From Myxococcales bacterium (GTDB taxonomy: Bacteria; Myxococcota_A; UBA9042): a stretch of 64,000 bases of DNA. Position numbers and translations under genes: made by a program. Position 1 is the first letter of the stretch; every line of letters starts with the position of its first letter. Under the pieces are notes generated by a model. That model saw only the letters and a list, made by a program, of their open reading frames with translations, was not told the DNA's origin and did no database searches. The stretch covers positions 47,192 through 111,191 of the forward strand of contig JBBISH010000003.1 of the NCBI GenBank assembly GCA_037441385.1, written 5' to 3'. Below, piece after piece: positions 29,422-39,048 of the stretch.

Positions 29422-29871
29422 ATGAGCTTCTACATCCAGCGCGACGGTCAACCCAAGGAGTACCCCATCCAGGCGCTGATCGATATGGTCAAGAACGGTA
29501 GCCTGCGCTCCGACGAGTTCGTTTTCGACGGCCGCATGCAAAAGTGGGTGGGCGCGACCCAGGTTGCCGAGCTCGCCGATGCGTGGAAGGCCGTGCAGTC
29601 GGGTGGCGCCAAGGCAGCCAGCGCCCCGGCGGCAGCCCCGTCGGCCCAGGCGCCCGCGGCGGCTGGCGGCGACAAGAAGCGCAGCAAGAAGTTCAGCGAG
29701 ACCTCGTGGTTCATGTCCGCCGTCACCTACGAAGAAGGCGGCCTGACCCCCAGCGAGCTGGCGCCGATGGAAGCCGGCGACAAATTCGAGAATCTGCCGC
29801 CCGTCCCGGACGAGCTGCGCAAGAAGTTCTCGCTGTCGATCGCCGACCTGGACGCGAACAAGAAGAAGTAA
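29422..29871 (+). CDS. DUF4339 (GYF-like) domain protein
   Basis: GGAGA RBS. N-terminal …FYIQRDGQPKEYPIQALIDMVKNGSLRSDEFVFDGRMQKWVGATQVAEL… matches the DUF4339 pattern (WY..dGqq.GP…L..l…G.i..dtlVW.eGM.eW). Confidence 0.55.
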   Translation: MSFYIQRDGQPKEYPIQALIDMVKNGSLRSDEFVFDGRMQKWVGATQVAELADAWKAVQSGGAKAASAPAAAPSAQAPAAAGGDKKRSKKFSETSWFMSAVTYEEGGLTPSELAPMEAGDKFENLPPVPDELRKKFSLSIADLDANKKK

Positions 29872-30000
29872 TCCGGAATCCGTTTCAATCGGATCGAAGC
29901 CCCGGCCGTTTCTTCGGGCCCGGACCGGGGTCCCCGCCTGATTCTCGCCAGTTGCCGAGCGAGTGGGTGAAGCCGTACCGGCGTGAATCAGGTGAGGCTC
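29869..30000 (+). repeat. Copy 2 of the ~135-nt structured element (core at 29924-29949)
   Basis: Begins at the stop of the DUF4339 gene and ends about 40 nt before the aldo/keto reductase start. Same core, palindrome and CCTGATTC…GAATCAGG inverted repeat as copy 1. Confidence 0.6.
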
Positions 30001-30038
30001 CAGCAAGCCCGCGCGACCCGCCCCCCAAAGGACTCGCC

Positions 30039-31004
30039 ATGAAGCTGCGCCGCTTGGCCGGCACCGACCTTGACCTCTCCGTGGTCGGTGTAGGCTGTTG
30101 GGCCATGGGCGGACTCTGGTGGGGCGACGACGTCCGCGACGACGACAGCATCGCCGCCATCCACCGCGCCTTGGACGTGGGCATCAACTGGTTTGACACC
30201 GCCCCGCTGTACGGCCACGGGCACGCCGACGAAATCCTTGTGCGCGCGCTGGGTCCCAGACTGCGCGACGTGGTGATCGCCACCAAGGTCGGTGTGCGGT
30301 GGGATGGCGAGGGCATGCACGCCCGCAGTGATCTGACCCCCGAGCACGTGCGCGCCGACGTGGAGGCGAGCCTGCGCCGACTGGGTCTAGAGCGCCTGGA
30401 CCTGGTGCAGGTGCACTGGCCGTGCGAGCTTGGTACGCCGCTCGAAGCGACCTTGGAAGCCCTGTACCGCCTGCGGGACGAGGGAAAGGTGCGCTACCTG
30501 GGCCTCTGCAACTACAGCGCTCCCCAGCTGCGGCAGGCGGCGGCGGCCGGCGGCATCGACACGCTGCAGACCCCATACTCGATGCTGCGGCGCGAGTTCG
30601 AGGCCGAACTGCAACCGCTGGTGCTCGAGTTCCCGGGCCGCAGCGAGCCCTTGAGTACCCTGGCCTACGAGCCCCTATGCCGCGGCCTGCTGACCGGCAA
30701 GTTCAACGCCACCAGCCGCTTTGCCCAAAGTGACCTGCGCGCGCGCGACGACCGATTCCAAGGCAGCCGCATGCTCCGCGCCCTGACAATCGTCAGCCGT
30801 CTGCAGCTGATCGCCAAGCGCCACGGCGCCCCGCTGGCCGCACTTGCGATTGCGTGGGCACTGCGGCAACCCGGGATGACTCTTGCGATTGCCGGGGCCA
30901 AGCGTGCGGACCAAGTGGCGGTCAACGCCCAAGCTACCGACTGGCTGGATCGCGAAGACCTGTGGGCCGACGTCGACCGAGTCGTGGGCAGCTTCCGCGG
31001 ATAG
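30039..31004 (+). CDS. Aldo/keto reductase
   Basis: AKR signature (…GINWFDTAPLYGHGHADEIL…, …IATKVG…, …GKVRYLGLCNYS…). Confidence 0.9.
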   Translation: MKLRRLAGTDLDLSVVGVGCWAMGGLWWGDDVRDDDSIAAIHRALDVGINWFDTAPLYGHGHADEILVRALGPRLRDVVIATKVGVRWDGEGMHARSDLTPEHVRADVEASLRRLGLERLDLVQVHWPCELGTPLEATLEALYRLRDEGKVRYLGLCNYSAPQLRQAAAAGGIDTLQTPYSMLRREFEAELQPLVLEFPGRSEPLSTLAYEPLCRGLLTGKFNATSRFAQSDLRARDDRFQGSRMLRALTIVSRLQLIAKRHGAPLAALAIAWALRQPGMTLAIAGAKRADQVAVNAQATDWLDREDLWADVDRVVGSFRG

Positions 31005-31036
31005 ACTCCGGCCGCGCCGGCAAAAATCCGTCGAAA

Positions 31037-31417
31037 CTACGGAATGACGGGCGGCTCACCCGCGATCGGATCCGGGTGCAAGTGCTCGATTCGACCGCTG
31101 AACGTGGCGTACAGGACGCAACCTTGCTCGGTGTAGGGCTGATCCACAGTGCCAGGCGGCACGTGGGCAAAGCCGCCGCGCTGCAAGGGATGGCCGGCCA
31201 CAATGGCCTGACCGTCCAGGACGATGACATCCATGCCGTCGTGGGCGAGCGTGCGCGGATAGTGGGTCTGCGGCGTCATGTGGATCAGGACGGCGCCCGC
31301 GCCGCTGTCGGGATCGAAGCGCAGCGACTTGTACGACACGCCCATGGCCGGCGCGCAGGCCCAAGGCAGGTCGTCGGTCGAGGCGACAAAGAATTCGCTG
31401 TTTTGGTAGGTCGACAT
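31037..31417 (-). CDS. Cupin-domain protein
   Basis: 126 aa. Cupin-like motifs G(X)5H.H (…AVLIHMTPQTHYPRTLAHDGMDVIVLDG…) and …GGFAHVPPG…. Confidence 0.6.
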   Translation of the reverse strand: MSTYQNSEFFVASTDDLPWACAPAMGVSYKSLRFDPDSGAGAVLIHMTPQTHYPRTLAHDGMDVIVLDGQAIVAGHPLQRGGFAHVPPGTVDQPYTEQGCVLYATFSGRIEHLHPDPIAGEPPVIP

Positions 31418-31475
31418 CGCATCCTCGCACGGCCGCGGCCCGCACGGCCCACCATAAGGGCAGCCGAGCTTGGCG

Positions 31476-31868
31476 TCAATTCGCGGTCAGCACGCTGAAG
31501 TCGGCGCGATCGCCCGCCACCCGCACCCACAAGACTGCGCGATCGCCCGCCACCTGGTACACCCCCGGCCCCTCGCGCAGCAGCCGGGGGTAGCGGCTGG
31601 TCAGGAATTCGTCGATGCGCGGCGCCAACCCCGGCATCTCGACGCGGCACACCTGCAGGCGCGCGCTTTGCCGCAGGCGCTGGCAGTGGCTGGGCAGGCG
31701 GAAGCCCGCCACCGTCTCTGGGCTCTCGCACAGCAGCCCGCCCAAGCAAGGTTCTTCGCGGGCCGCCCGCGTGGGCGCGCGCACCACGGGACGTGGCGCG
31801 GTGGGCTCGGGCTGGCACCCCAGCAGCGCCAGGGCGACGAGCCAACAAACCGCGCTCCGTGGCTCCAC
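31476..31868 (-). CDS. Small lipoprotein immediately downstream of pilY1 (PilY2-like position)
   Basis: GTG start abuts the pilY1 TAG stop. Signal peptide with lipobox LLGC; about 130 aa. Confidence 0.5.
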   Translation of the reverse strand: MEPRSAVCWLVALALLGCQPEPTAPRPVVRAPTRAAREEPCLGGLLCESPETVAGFRLPSHCQRLRQSARLQVCRVEMPGLAPRIDEFLTSRYPRLLREGPGVYQVAGDRAVLWVRVAGDRADFSVLTAN

Positions 31869-34800
31869 CTAGTCCACCAGCAAGTCCCAGCCGGTTACCA
31901 CCGCAGCCGTGCGCGGTTGCGGCACCTCTTGGGCCACCGTACCCACCGAAGGCTGCCCGCCGGACTTGGGGGCTTGCCCCGCCGCTTGCACGGCCGCGTT
32001 CGGCGTGGCGACCCCAACTTCGTAGCGTGGACGGGCGCCACCCAGGGCTTGGGCGGCGGCAGCACCAGTCAGCGCACCCACGCACTTGGCGTCGGTCGGG
32101 TTGCAGTTGCCCCGGCACGCCGGCACGGCCTGAACGTCGACGGGCGAGGGCCGGTCGCTGCCGATGTCGATCGAGGCGACCTTGGTGGCCGAGCCGTTGG
32201 GGTTGGCAAACGCGCCCGCCAGCGTCGTGGGATCCGACGGCGCGAGCGGCTTATCAAAGCGGGCGCCCCAGAGGCGCGCAATGCCGGTCTCGCAGGCCCC
32301 CTGGCTTTGCACCGCAAAGCTGGCCCAATAGGTGTTCAGGGCAAAGACGAGCGGCGGCCCGACAAAGCGCTCGAAGGCGCTGAGCGCCTTGACCCAGTTG
32401 CGGCTAGCGACGGGCTTGGTGGTGCCATCTCCAAGCGTCTGGATGTCTTCGGTGAGTGAATACACCATGTGAAGTCTGGTGCTGGAGGCCGGGTCATCCA
32501 GATGTCCGGTGCCGTAGCTGACGACCAGACGAGCCGCCGAGGTCGACGCCAAGCTGGGCGCCGCCACGATCGGCACACGGTCCGCCGAGTTGATGTCCAA
32601 GGTGTAGGCCGCGGGCGTACCAGGGCCGCTGTAGGCGTCGTGGAAGAACGCGATGGTCCACTTGGCCGGGTTGGAGTCCGAGAGATCCATCCGCCACAGC
32701 AAACCCTTGGAATCACCAAGATAGCACCGCGTGACCAACTGGCCCGGCGTGGCGTTGTAGCAGGCTGGGTCGCCCCAGAAGTAGCCGGCGTCGTCAGTAC
32801 TGGTGACGGCGGCTGGGATGCCCGCCATGTCCAGGTCCGCCGTAGTGAATTCGCGGATCTTGGCGCCGCTGGCCAAGTCGACGACGAACACGCCACGAGC
32901 GCCCGCCCCATCAACGCCGTAGTTCTTGACGTTGCTGCGGTCCCACGGCATCCCCATCGGGATGACCGCGACCGCGCGCTGGCTGGGCGGTTCGCTGGCG
33001 TCGGCAAAGAACAGGTTGGCGATCGCTGGCTTGGGTAGCGACCGCCCCATGTTCTTATAGGTGGGGAGCGCAAGGCAACGCGGGCCGGCCACACCACCGA
33101 CACTGGCGCCTGGGCCGTAGCAGTGCTGGTCGGGCGCTATTTCCCAAAGCAACTTCGGATCTTCAGGCGCGGTCACATCCAGGGCGGTGTAGCCCGAACC
33201 GCCCTCGCCGGCGCCGACCACCACCACCGCCCGCCACGCGGCCGCCGCTTGGGCGATCGTCATCGCGGCGGTGCGTTGCAGTTGCACGTGGCCAGCGGTC
33301 ACCGCGCCGCCCAGGTACGAGGCGTCGGCGCTGGTCACCAGCTTGAGCGTAGACAGCCTGCTCAGGTTGAAATCGGGCAGCCACGCCCACATCTCGTCGC
33401 CCGCCACAGAGGAATTGGGCGTAGTAATCGCAGGGTTGCGATCGGTGCGGAACGCGTGCAGCAGGCCGTCGTGGGTCGCGACGTACAAGACGGTCGGTCG
33501 CCCGGCCGAGCCCGGCGGGTTGACGGTCGAGTAGTTCGACGCGGTGGGCACAGTGGTCTTGGCGTAGCTCTGGAAGCTTGGCTCGCGCAGGCCGCTGCGG
33601 TCGGCCGGTTCGATGACCGCTGGCGTGGAGCGGGCCGGGGCGCCCAGCGGAGTGCTTTGGCGGCAGGTGCCCGCCTTGCCGTACAGGGCGTCGATCAGGC
33701 TCTGTTTGAAGGCTTCGCGCTGGGTGTTTTGCGACAGGTCGTAGCCGCCATTGGTCACGCAGTCGCCGTACACATTGGGTTCCAGCTTGGGCTCCATGCC
33801 CACGGTGCCAATGCCGAATTCAGTCGCGGTGATCGACGCAGAGTCGAAATTGCGGCGGCTGCCAGCGGTGGTGCTGTACAACAATCGCGGTGCCGATCGC
33901 GACTTGAGCAGCGCGCTGTAGTTCAAGATTTCGCAAACTTGTGCGCGATCCGGCGTCGCTGGGTTCTTGCAGCCGGCCGTGCAGGCATAGATGCGCTGCT
34001 CGATTGTGCCGCCCGATCGCATCGGCTGGCTGAGATTGAATTCCGACGAGCCCATAAAGCCATGCTGCACGTCGGCGGGCTGACCGGTGGCCAGCGTCAC
34101 GATCGGGTGGGTGAACACTTGCTGGGTAGCCGTAGCGGCCGAGATCGCAGGCGCAAGGCCTTTGACCGCTTCGAACGCCGTGCTGGCCAAGATGGCCTTG
34201 TCGGTGCCGCCGGCGGCCGCAAGGTCGTGCAGGAACTGCAGATCGTCGGCTGGCGGTCCCGAAGCGCCGTCGGCAGGGTGGCCGATCGCGATCACATGCA
34301 CCGGCACGCCCATGGCCCACAGCTTGGACGCCGCCAGAAGCGCCGTGGCGCGCCCGTCCGAGTTGCCGTCATCCAGGTTGCCGCCACCGTCCGAGAGCAC
34401 GACCGCGAGGCGCGGCCGGCACTTGGCGTACAGGTCGCCGTTCACGGGGTCGTCGGTCAAGGTCTTGAAGTGGGCGTCCTGGTACAGACCTGGCCCCACG
34501 TAGGCCACCGCGTCCAGCAGTTGCTGCCCCAGCGGCGTGGGACCATTGGCGATTTGGGCCGCCAGGGCTTGCTGGATGGCCGAGTAGGTCGCGGCGCGTG
34601 CGGCCAGCGTGTCGGGCCGGGTCACGGCTACGCTGCGGCTGCCCGCGGCGAACGGGTCCTGCATGCCCAAGTTGGCCTGCCCCCAATAGCTGGTGATGTC
34701 GGGGCCGAACGAAAAGCCGGCGGTCAGGGTATTGCCCTTGTTCAACACCGAGTCGCTCATCAGCAGAGCAAATTTCGCGCCGGGGCCAAACACATCCAGA

Positions 34801-35849
34801 ATTCCATCCTTGCCGGCCGGCACGCCAGAGTTGTTGCCCATGCCGTCCACGCCCTGGGCCACGGTTTCGACCGTGGGGCCTTCGCTGGGGCACAGGTTGC
34901 CCGAAGCCATGCGCAAGACCGGCGCGCCAGACGTGCCTACGGCGGCAAAGGTCATCGCGGGATCCGGAGCCGTGCCACCCACATTGGCATTCTTGTTGCA
35001 GTTGTTTGGCCAACTCGCCGCCGCATACGCCAGCGCCAAGCTCGGAGCCTGGCCGGCCTTGATCGACGCGGTCAGCGCCGCCATCCCCGCAGTGGTGAAC
35101 TGGAACTGCACCGTGGTGCCCACCACGGGGTTGACTCCGGTGACCTCGGACAAGACCATCCGGGCGTCGCTGGTCGCCGCGCAGCAAAACCCGTCGGGGT
35201 CAAGGGTGGGCGAGGTGGTCGATGGCACCATCGTGACGACCATGGGCACTGGAGCCCCCGCGCCGCTGCCCACCGCCGCCACCTGCACGGTGAGGCTCCC
35301 GAGGGGGTAGGACTTGCCCATGTCCAGGCCTGTCCAGTCGAATTGCAGGTAGGGCACGCGGTAGGTCGCCCCGCTGGTGGCAAGCGCGCCGGGCATCGTC
35401 ATCGCCGCGGCGCCCACGCCCGAGGTACCGGCGTTGGTCGGCCCCGGCAGCGACAGCGAGTAGGTCGGCCCGTCGGTCATGCTCAGCCCGGGAATGCACT
35501 TGGGCACGCCATTGGACGGCGCCGGCGGGTTGACGGCCTCTGGTAGCGGTGGCAGTGCCGGTTGCGTGCACGAGTAGCCTAGATACGAACCGCCAATGAT
35601 CTCGCGCAGGGCCACCCAACGCGAGCGGGTGTCGGGCTGTCCACTCTGGCCGCAGGTGGGCACCAGATCGGCAAAAAGCCGATATTGCATCGAGGTCGAC
35701 GCGTCGACGATGAGCAAGACTTCTGGCAGCGCCGCGGCCGCGGCCGTGGCTGGGATCAGTGCCGTCAGGCCAACCAAGCCCAGGGCCAGCCCTGCCCCAG
35801 CCATTGCAGGCCTACCGGTATGGCTGCGAAGCGCAGTGGCGTTGCCCAT
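31869..35849 (-). CDS. pilY1: Type IV pilus tip-associated adhesin PilY1 family protein with N-terminal VWA domain
   Basis: 1326 aa. Signal peptide; VWA/MIDAS-type start VLLIVDASTSM; large C-terminal beta-propeller-like region. Last large gene of the minor-pilin operon. Confidence 0.8.
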   Translation of the reverse strand: MGNATALRSHTGRPAMAGAGLALGLVGLTALIPATAAAAALPEVLLIVDASTSMQYRLFADLVPTCGQSGQPDTRSRWVALREIIGGSYLGYSCTQPALPPLPEAVNPPAPSNGVPKCIPGLSMTDGPTYSLSLPGPTNAGTSGVGAAAMTMPGALATSGATYRVPYLQFDWTGLDMGKSYPLGSLTVQVAAVGSGAGAPVPMVVTMVPSTTSPTLDPDGFCCAATSDARMVLSEVTGVNPVVGTTVQFQFTTAGMAALTASIKAGQAPSLALAYAAASWPNNCNKNANVGGTAPDPAMTFAAVGTSGAPVLRMASGNLCPSEGPTVETVAQGVDGMGNNSGVPAGKDGILDVFGPGAKFALLMSDSVLNKGNTLTAGFSFGPDITSYWGQANLGMQDPFAAGSRSVAVTRPDTLAARAATYSAIQQALAAQIANGPTPLGQQLLDAVAYVGPGLYQDAHFKTLTDDPVNGDLYAKCRPRLAVVLSDGGGNLDDGNSDGRATALLAASKLWAMGVPVHVIAIGHPADGASGPPADDLQFLHDLAAAGGTDKAILASTAFEAVKGLAPAISAATATQQVFTHPIVTLATGQPADVQHGFMGSSEFNLSQPMRSGGTIEQRIYACTAGCKNPATPDRAQVCEILNYSALLKSRSAPRLLYSTTAGSRRNFDSASITATEFGIGTVGMEPKLEPNVYGDCVTNGGYDLSQNTQREAFKQSLIDALYGKAGTCRQSTPLGAPARSTPAVIEPADRSGLREPSFQSYAKTTVPTASNYSTVNPPGSAGRPTVLYVATHDGLLHAFRTDRNPAITTPNSSVAGDEMWAWLPDFNLSRLSTLKLVTSADASYLGGAVTAGHVQLQRTAAMTIAQAAAAWRAVVVVGAGEGGSGYTALDVTAPEDPKLLWEIAPDQHCYGPGASVGGVAGPRCLALPTYKNMGRSLPKPAIANLFFADASEPPSQRAVAVIPMGMPWDRSNVKNYGVDGAGARGVFVVDLASGAKIREFTTADLDMAGIPAAVTSTDDAGYFWGDPACYNATPGQLVTRCYLGDSKGLLWRMDLSDSNPAKWTIAFFHDAYSGPGTPAAYTLDINSADRVPIVAAPSLASTSAARLVVSYGTGHLDDPASSTRLHMVYSLTEDIQTLGDGTTKPVASRNWVKALSAFERFVGPPLVFALNTYWASFAVQSQGACETGIARLWGARFDKPLAPSDPTTLAGAFANPNGSATKVASIDIGSDRPSPVDVQAVPACRGNCNPTDAKCVGALTGAAAAQALGGARPRYEVGVATPNAAVQAAGQAPKSGGQPSVGTVAQEVPQPRTAAVVTGWDLLVD

Positions 35850-35858
35850 CTTCGCCCC

Positions 35859-36434
35859 CTATTGGCCGCACGGCACGGGGCCGACGGTCATGGTCGCTTG
35901 CAGCCGAGTTTGCCCAGACACCATGGCTTCTTGCAGATTCTTGGGTGCCGCTGAGCCGAGCTGCGAGGTGGTGATCATGCGATAAGTGCGGAAGCAATAG
36001 CGCCCCACGTCGTAGCCGGCGGCCGACGCGGCGTCCGAGTCTTGAACCAGCGTGGTAAACCCGACCGAAGCAAACCCCTTGAGTTCGCGACCAAAGCTCA
36101 GGTCGGTGCCGGAGAGAGCTAGCAGGCCGTCGCCCATGTCCTGCATGGTCAAGGTCTTGTTGGCTTTGGCGCCGATGTAGTCCGAAAAACCGCCTTGCAT
36201 CTGCGAGGCCAGGGTCAAGACGCCCAACGTGCCGGCCTCGCCCAGCCGGTACGAGGCGCGCGTCAGGCGCTCGGCGTTGCCCTCGCGGATATCCATGGCC
36301 GTGCGCATGGCCGCGGCGCTCGCCAGCAGCGACAGCAGGCCGAGCATCAGCATGACCATCATCATCACCATGCCGCGCTGATTCGCAGGCACGGCGGGCG
36401 GCACTGGAGCAGCGGTGGGGCGGGGATGAGTCAC
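35859..36434 (-). CDS. pilX: Type IV pilus assembly protein PilX-like
   Basis: N-terminus …QRGMVMMMVMLMLGLLSLLASAAAMRTAMDIREGN… matches the PilX N-domain (QRG + hydrophobic helix). Confidence 0.7.
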   Translation of the reverse strand: MTHPRPTAAPVPPAVPANQRGMVMMMVMLMLGLLSLLASAAAMRTAMDIREGNAERLTRASYRLGEAGTLGVLTLASQMQGGFSDYIGAKANKTLTMQDMGDGLLALSGTDLSFGRELKGFASVGFTTLVQDSDAASAAGYDVGRYCFRTYRMITTSQLGSAAPKNLQEAMVSGQTRLQATMTVGPVPCGQ

Positions 36435-36479
36435 GGGATCCTCGCTGCGGGCACGGCGCGCGCCCGGCTGGTGAAAATT

Positions 36480-37661
36480 CTACAGGTTTCGCGAGACCAA
36501 GGTAGGCAGGGCCACCCGGGTGGCCGCGGTCAGGACAGGGTGGGCCCCATCGCCCTCGCCCGGCAGCTGCCAGGTGGTCAGGGGTTGCCAAGGAACTTCG
36601 CGGGCTTTGTGCACCAGCCGCTTGACCGGCCACGCCGACCGCAGCGACACCTTGACCGTCAAAAAGCGCAAGGCCTCGGGTTTGGCCGCGGCCGTTGTGC
36701 CCAGCGGGCCGTCGCCGCCTTCGAACACCACGTCGGACGACAGCGGGAACACCTTCATCTTGACCACGTCCGGCGCCGGGTCCACGTCCATCCCCATGTC
36801 GTAGAGCTGGAGATCCACCGCGTTTTCGGCCAGGATCAGCTGACCCTTGACGGTCACGCCGTCCACGTCGAGCCGTTCGCGCACCAGCACGCTCTGCAGA
36901 GCCGCGCCCATCCCGTCTTTGAGGGCGCCGGGCCGGGTATCGGCGACCACGCGATAGCGAACAAAGTTCTGCACATCCACGGTGTAGTTGCCGCCCAAGC
37001 CCTGGTACCCGCAGGTCACGCCCGCGGCGATGCGCGGAATGGTGCCCACGACCTTGACTGTGCCCGACGACTGGCTGCCCGAGTCGATGGCGAAGAACAT
37101 CTGCGACCCGTCCGCGCCAGAAATGTGCAAGTACTTGTCTTTGCTAAACGTTTCGTCCCAGGCCTCTTGACTCGCCGGCAGCGTGCCGTCGTCGTACAGG
37201 TGGACCACGTCGCCGTCGATCGACAGCGTGCGGTAGCGCGACTTGACGTCCATGCTGCCAAAGAGCGTGATCGCGACCGGCTTGACGTTGGGGTTCAGAT
37301 CCGCTGCGGCCACGTGGCTGGTGTCGAGCGCGGCCGTCAGCGCTCGCAGCACCGGCACCGGCTTGGGGCAAACCGTGGGATCCACGGCAGTGTTGGGCGA
37401 CGTGTTCGACCCCAGCGAGGTCAGGTCGGCGCGCAAGTGGTCCAGTGAAAAGCGCGCCTGGCGGCCCATGTCGATGCGCTCGTTCTGGTTCTGCATCACC
37501 TCGCCCTGTTGGACAAACAAGGTGGTCAGCGCCATGAACATGACGGTGGCCACCGCCAGCGACATCATGATTTCGATGAGGTTGAAGCCCAATTGCCCGC
37601 GGCGCGTGCCACCCTGAACACGACGAGCGCTGCCGATGGCGGGGCTATTGGACATTGACAT
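36480..37661 (-). CDS. pilW: Type IV minor pilin PilW-like
   Basis: Prepilin-type N-terminal methylation motif GFNLIEIMMSLAVATVMF; about 390 aa, typical of PilW. Confidence 0.75.
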   Translation of the reverse strand: MSMSNSPAIGSARRVQGGTRRGQLGFNLIEIMMSLAVATVMFMALTTLFVQQGEVMQNQNERIDMGRQARFSLDHLRADLTSLGSNTSPNTAVDPTVCPKPVPVLRALTAALDTSHVAAADLNPNVKPVAITLFGSMDVKSRYRTLSIDGDVVHLYDDGTLPASQEAWDETFSKDKYLHISGADGSQMFFAIDSGSQSSGTVKVVGTIPRIAAGVTCGYQGLGGNYTVDVQNFVRYRVVADTRPGALKDGMGAALQSVLVRERLDVDGVTVKGQLILAENAVDLQLYDMGMDVDPAPDVVKMKVFPLSSDVVFEGGDGPLGTTAAAKPEALRFLTVKVSLRSAWPVKRLVHKAREVPWQPLTTWQLPGEGDGAHPVLTAATRVALPTLVSRNL

Positions 37662-38229
37662 TCCTCATGACCAAGCCCGGCAACGACACCGAACCTACGT
37701 TGGCAACATCAAAAAGCATGTCCGTGGGGCAGGCGGCGTACAGCTGCAGGGGCGCGTTGGCCCGCGGCCACGACACGCGCACGTCGGCGCGCACCATGTC
37801 GTTCGACACCCAGGTCAACTTGTAGTGGATGCAGTAGCGAGTGCCGCGATCGTTCGGGATTTCAAGGAGGGCGCCTTGATCGTAGCGCACGTCGGAACCC
37901 AGCGGTCCCACACGCTTGTCGATCGCGAAAGCCGGCGTGGGCCCGGGCAGCCAACCCGTTCCCTGCCCTGGCGACGGCGGCGCGGGCAGGTGCCCCAGGT
38001 ACTCCAAGATGGTGATCGGATTGGCGTCGCCGGTCCACATGGTGGCTTCGCCCTGGATGGTGGCCAGCACGTGTTCGGCCAACTGGGCGCCTACTTGCGC
38101 GTCGCGGCGCTCGCCGGTGCCGTGGGTCGCGTACAGCGCCGTCGCCAACGTGGCAAACAGCCCGATCATGCCGATCGCACCGGCGGCCAGCACTTCGACC
38201 AGCGAAAAGCCGCGCTCGCGAGGCATCAT
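37645..38229 (-). CDS. pilV: Type IV minor pilin PilV-like
   Basis: Start MMPRERGFSLVEVLAAGAIGMIGL (prepilin motif); ATGATGA overlap with the upstream fimT-like gene. Confidence 0.7.
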   Translation of the reverse strand: MMPRERGFSLVEVLAAGAIGMIGLFATLATALYATHGTGERRDAQVGAQLAEHVLATIQGEATMWTGDANPITILEYLGHLPAPPSPGQGTGWLPGPTPAFAIDKRVGPLGSDVRYDQGALLEIPNDRGTRYCIHYKLTWVSNDMVRADVRVSWPRANAPLQLYAACPTDMLFDVANVGSVSLPGLVMRNVNVQ

Positions 38230-38936
38230 TTGGCGCCTCCGCCTTGGCCGTCGCCCTGCAACTGCTCGGTTGGGCGGCCAAAGATCACCCTGGCCGTGCA
38301 GTTGTAGCCGATCTGGACCTGCAGGGGGGTGCCGATTGCGCCACCCCCTTCGGCCCGCGCCAGCTCTAAGACCACGTCCCCCGCCGAGAGCAGCGAGCCC
38401 GTTGGGGCCGAGAACGTGCGGCCGTTGTCGCCGCGGATAAGCCGACCGTCTGGCTTGAAGCACAAAAACGCAGCTGGTGTCCCCACTTCGCTGGGTGCGG
38501 TGCGCGTGAACTGGATCGCCGGGTTGTTATCCGCATTGGTCGCACTGTAGTCCACGGTGCGGACCAAAGACCCCACAGCGACGCTGGCACACGTCGCGTC
38601 GGTGCCCTTGTAGACGCGGAAAAGGTACTGCCCGCCCGCGGATGCACTGTCGAAGACGATCCCGTAGGCCGTGCGGTTGGCCATGGCTTGGCTGCGGGCC
38701 AAGTCGACGGCATAGACCAGTTCGTCGGCGGCGGCGCGCAGGTTGTAGTTCCGAGTCAGGCTGCCGATGCCAGGGATGGCCATGCCGCCCAGCACCATCA
38801 GGATCATCAAGCCCATCATCAGTTCGACCAGCGAGGTGCCCGGCGAGGACCGGCGCCACGCGCGCCGCAGCGCCAGCACGGACACGCTGGGCTCGGCTTG
38901 GTCGCGGTCGGTGGTCGACTGGCCTGCGCTGTTCAT
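38226..38936 (-). CDS. fimT: Type IV minor pilin FimT/GspH-like
   Basis: Start MNSAGQ…; prepilin motif GTSLVELMMGLMILMVLGG. First gene of the minor-pilin operon, downstream of lysA. Confidence 0.65.
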   Translation of the reverse strand: MNSAGQSTTDRDQAEPSVSVLALRRAWRRSSPGTSLVELMMGLMILMVLGGMAIPGIGSLTRNYNLRAAADELVYAVDLARSQAMANRTAYGIVFDSASAGGQYLFRVYKGTDATCASVAVGSLVRTVDYSATNADNNPAIQFTRTAPSEVGTPAAFLCFKPDGRLIRGDNGRTFSAPTGSLLSAGDVVLELARAEGGGAIGTPLQVQIGYNCTARVIFGRPTEQLQGDGQGGGAK

Positions 38937-39048
38937 GCTGCTCCCTGGTGAACACCCGCGGTCCCGCTCAGGACCGCACGACACCCCATTTGGAAAGGTA
39001 CGCAACTTTGGCGCTGTGCACCACATAATTCCGCACGAAGCACGCAGC

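Noticed and set aside
33123-35546. 807-aa + strand ORF, plus other long antisense ORFs in the same region
   Set aside because: It is antisense to pilY1, whose VWA start, signal peptide and operon context are convincing. Its composition is low-complexity (R/G/A/H).
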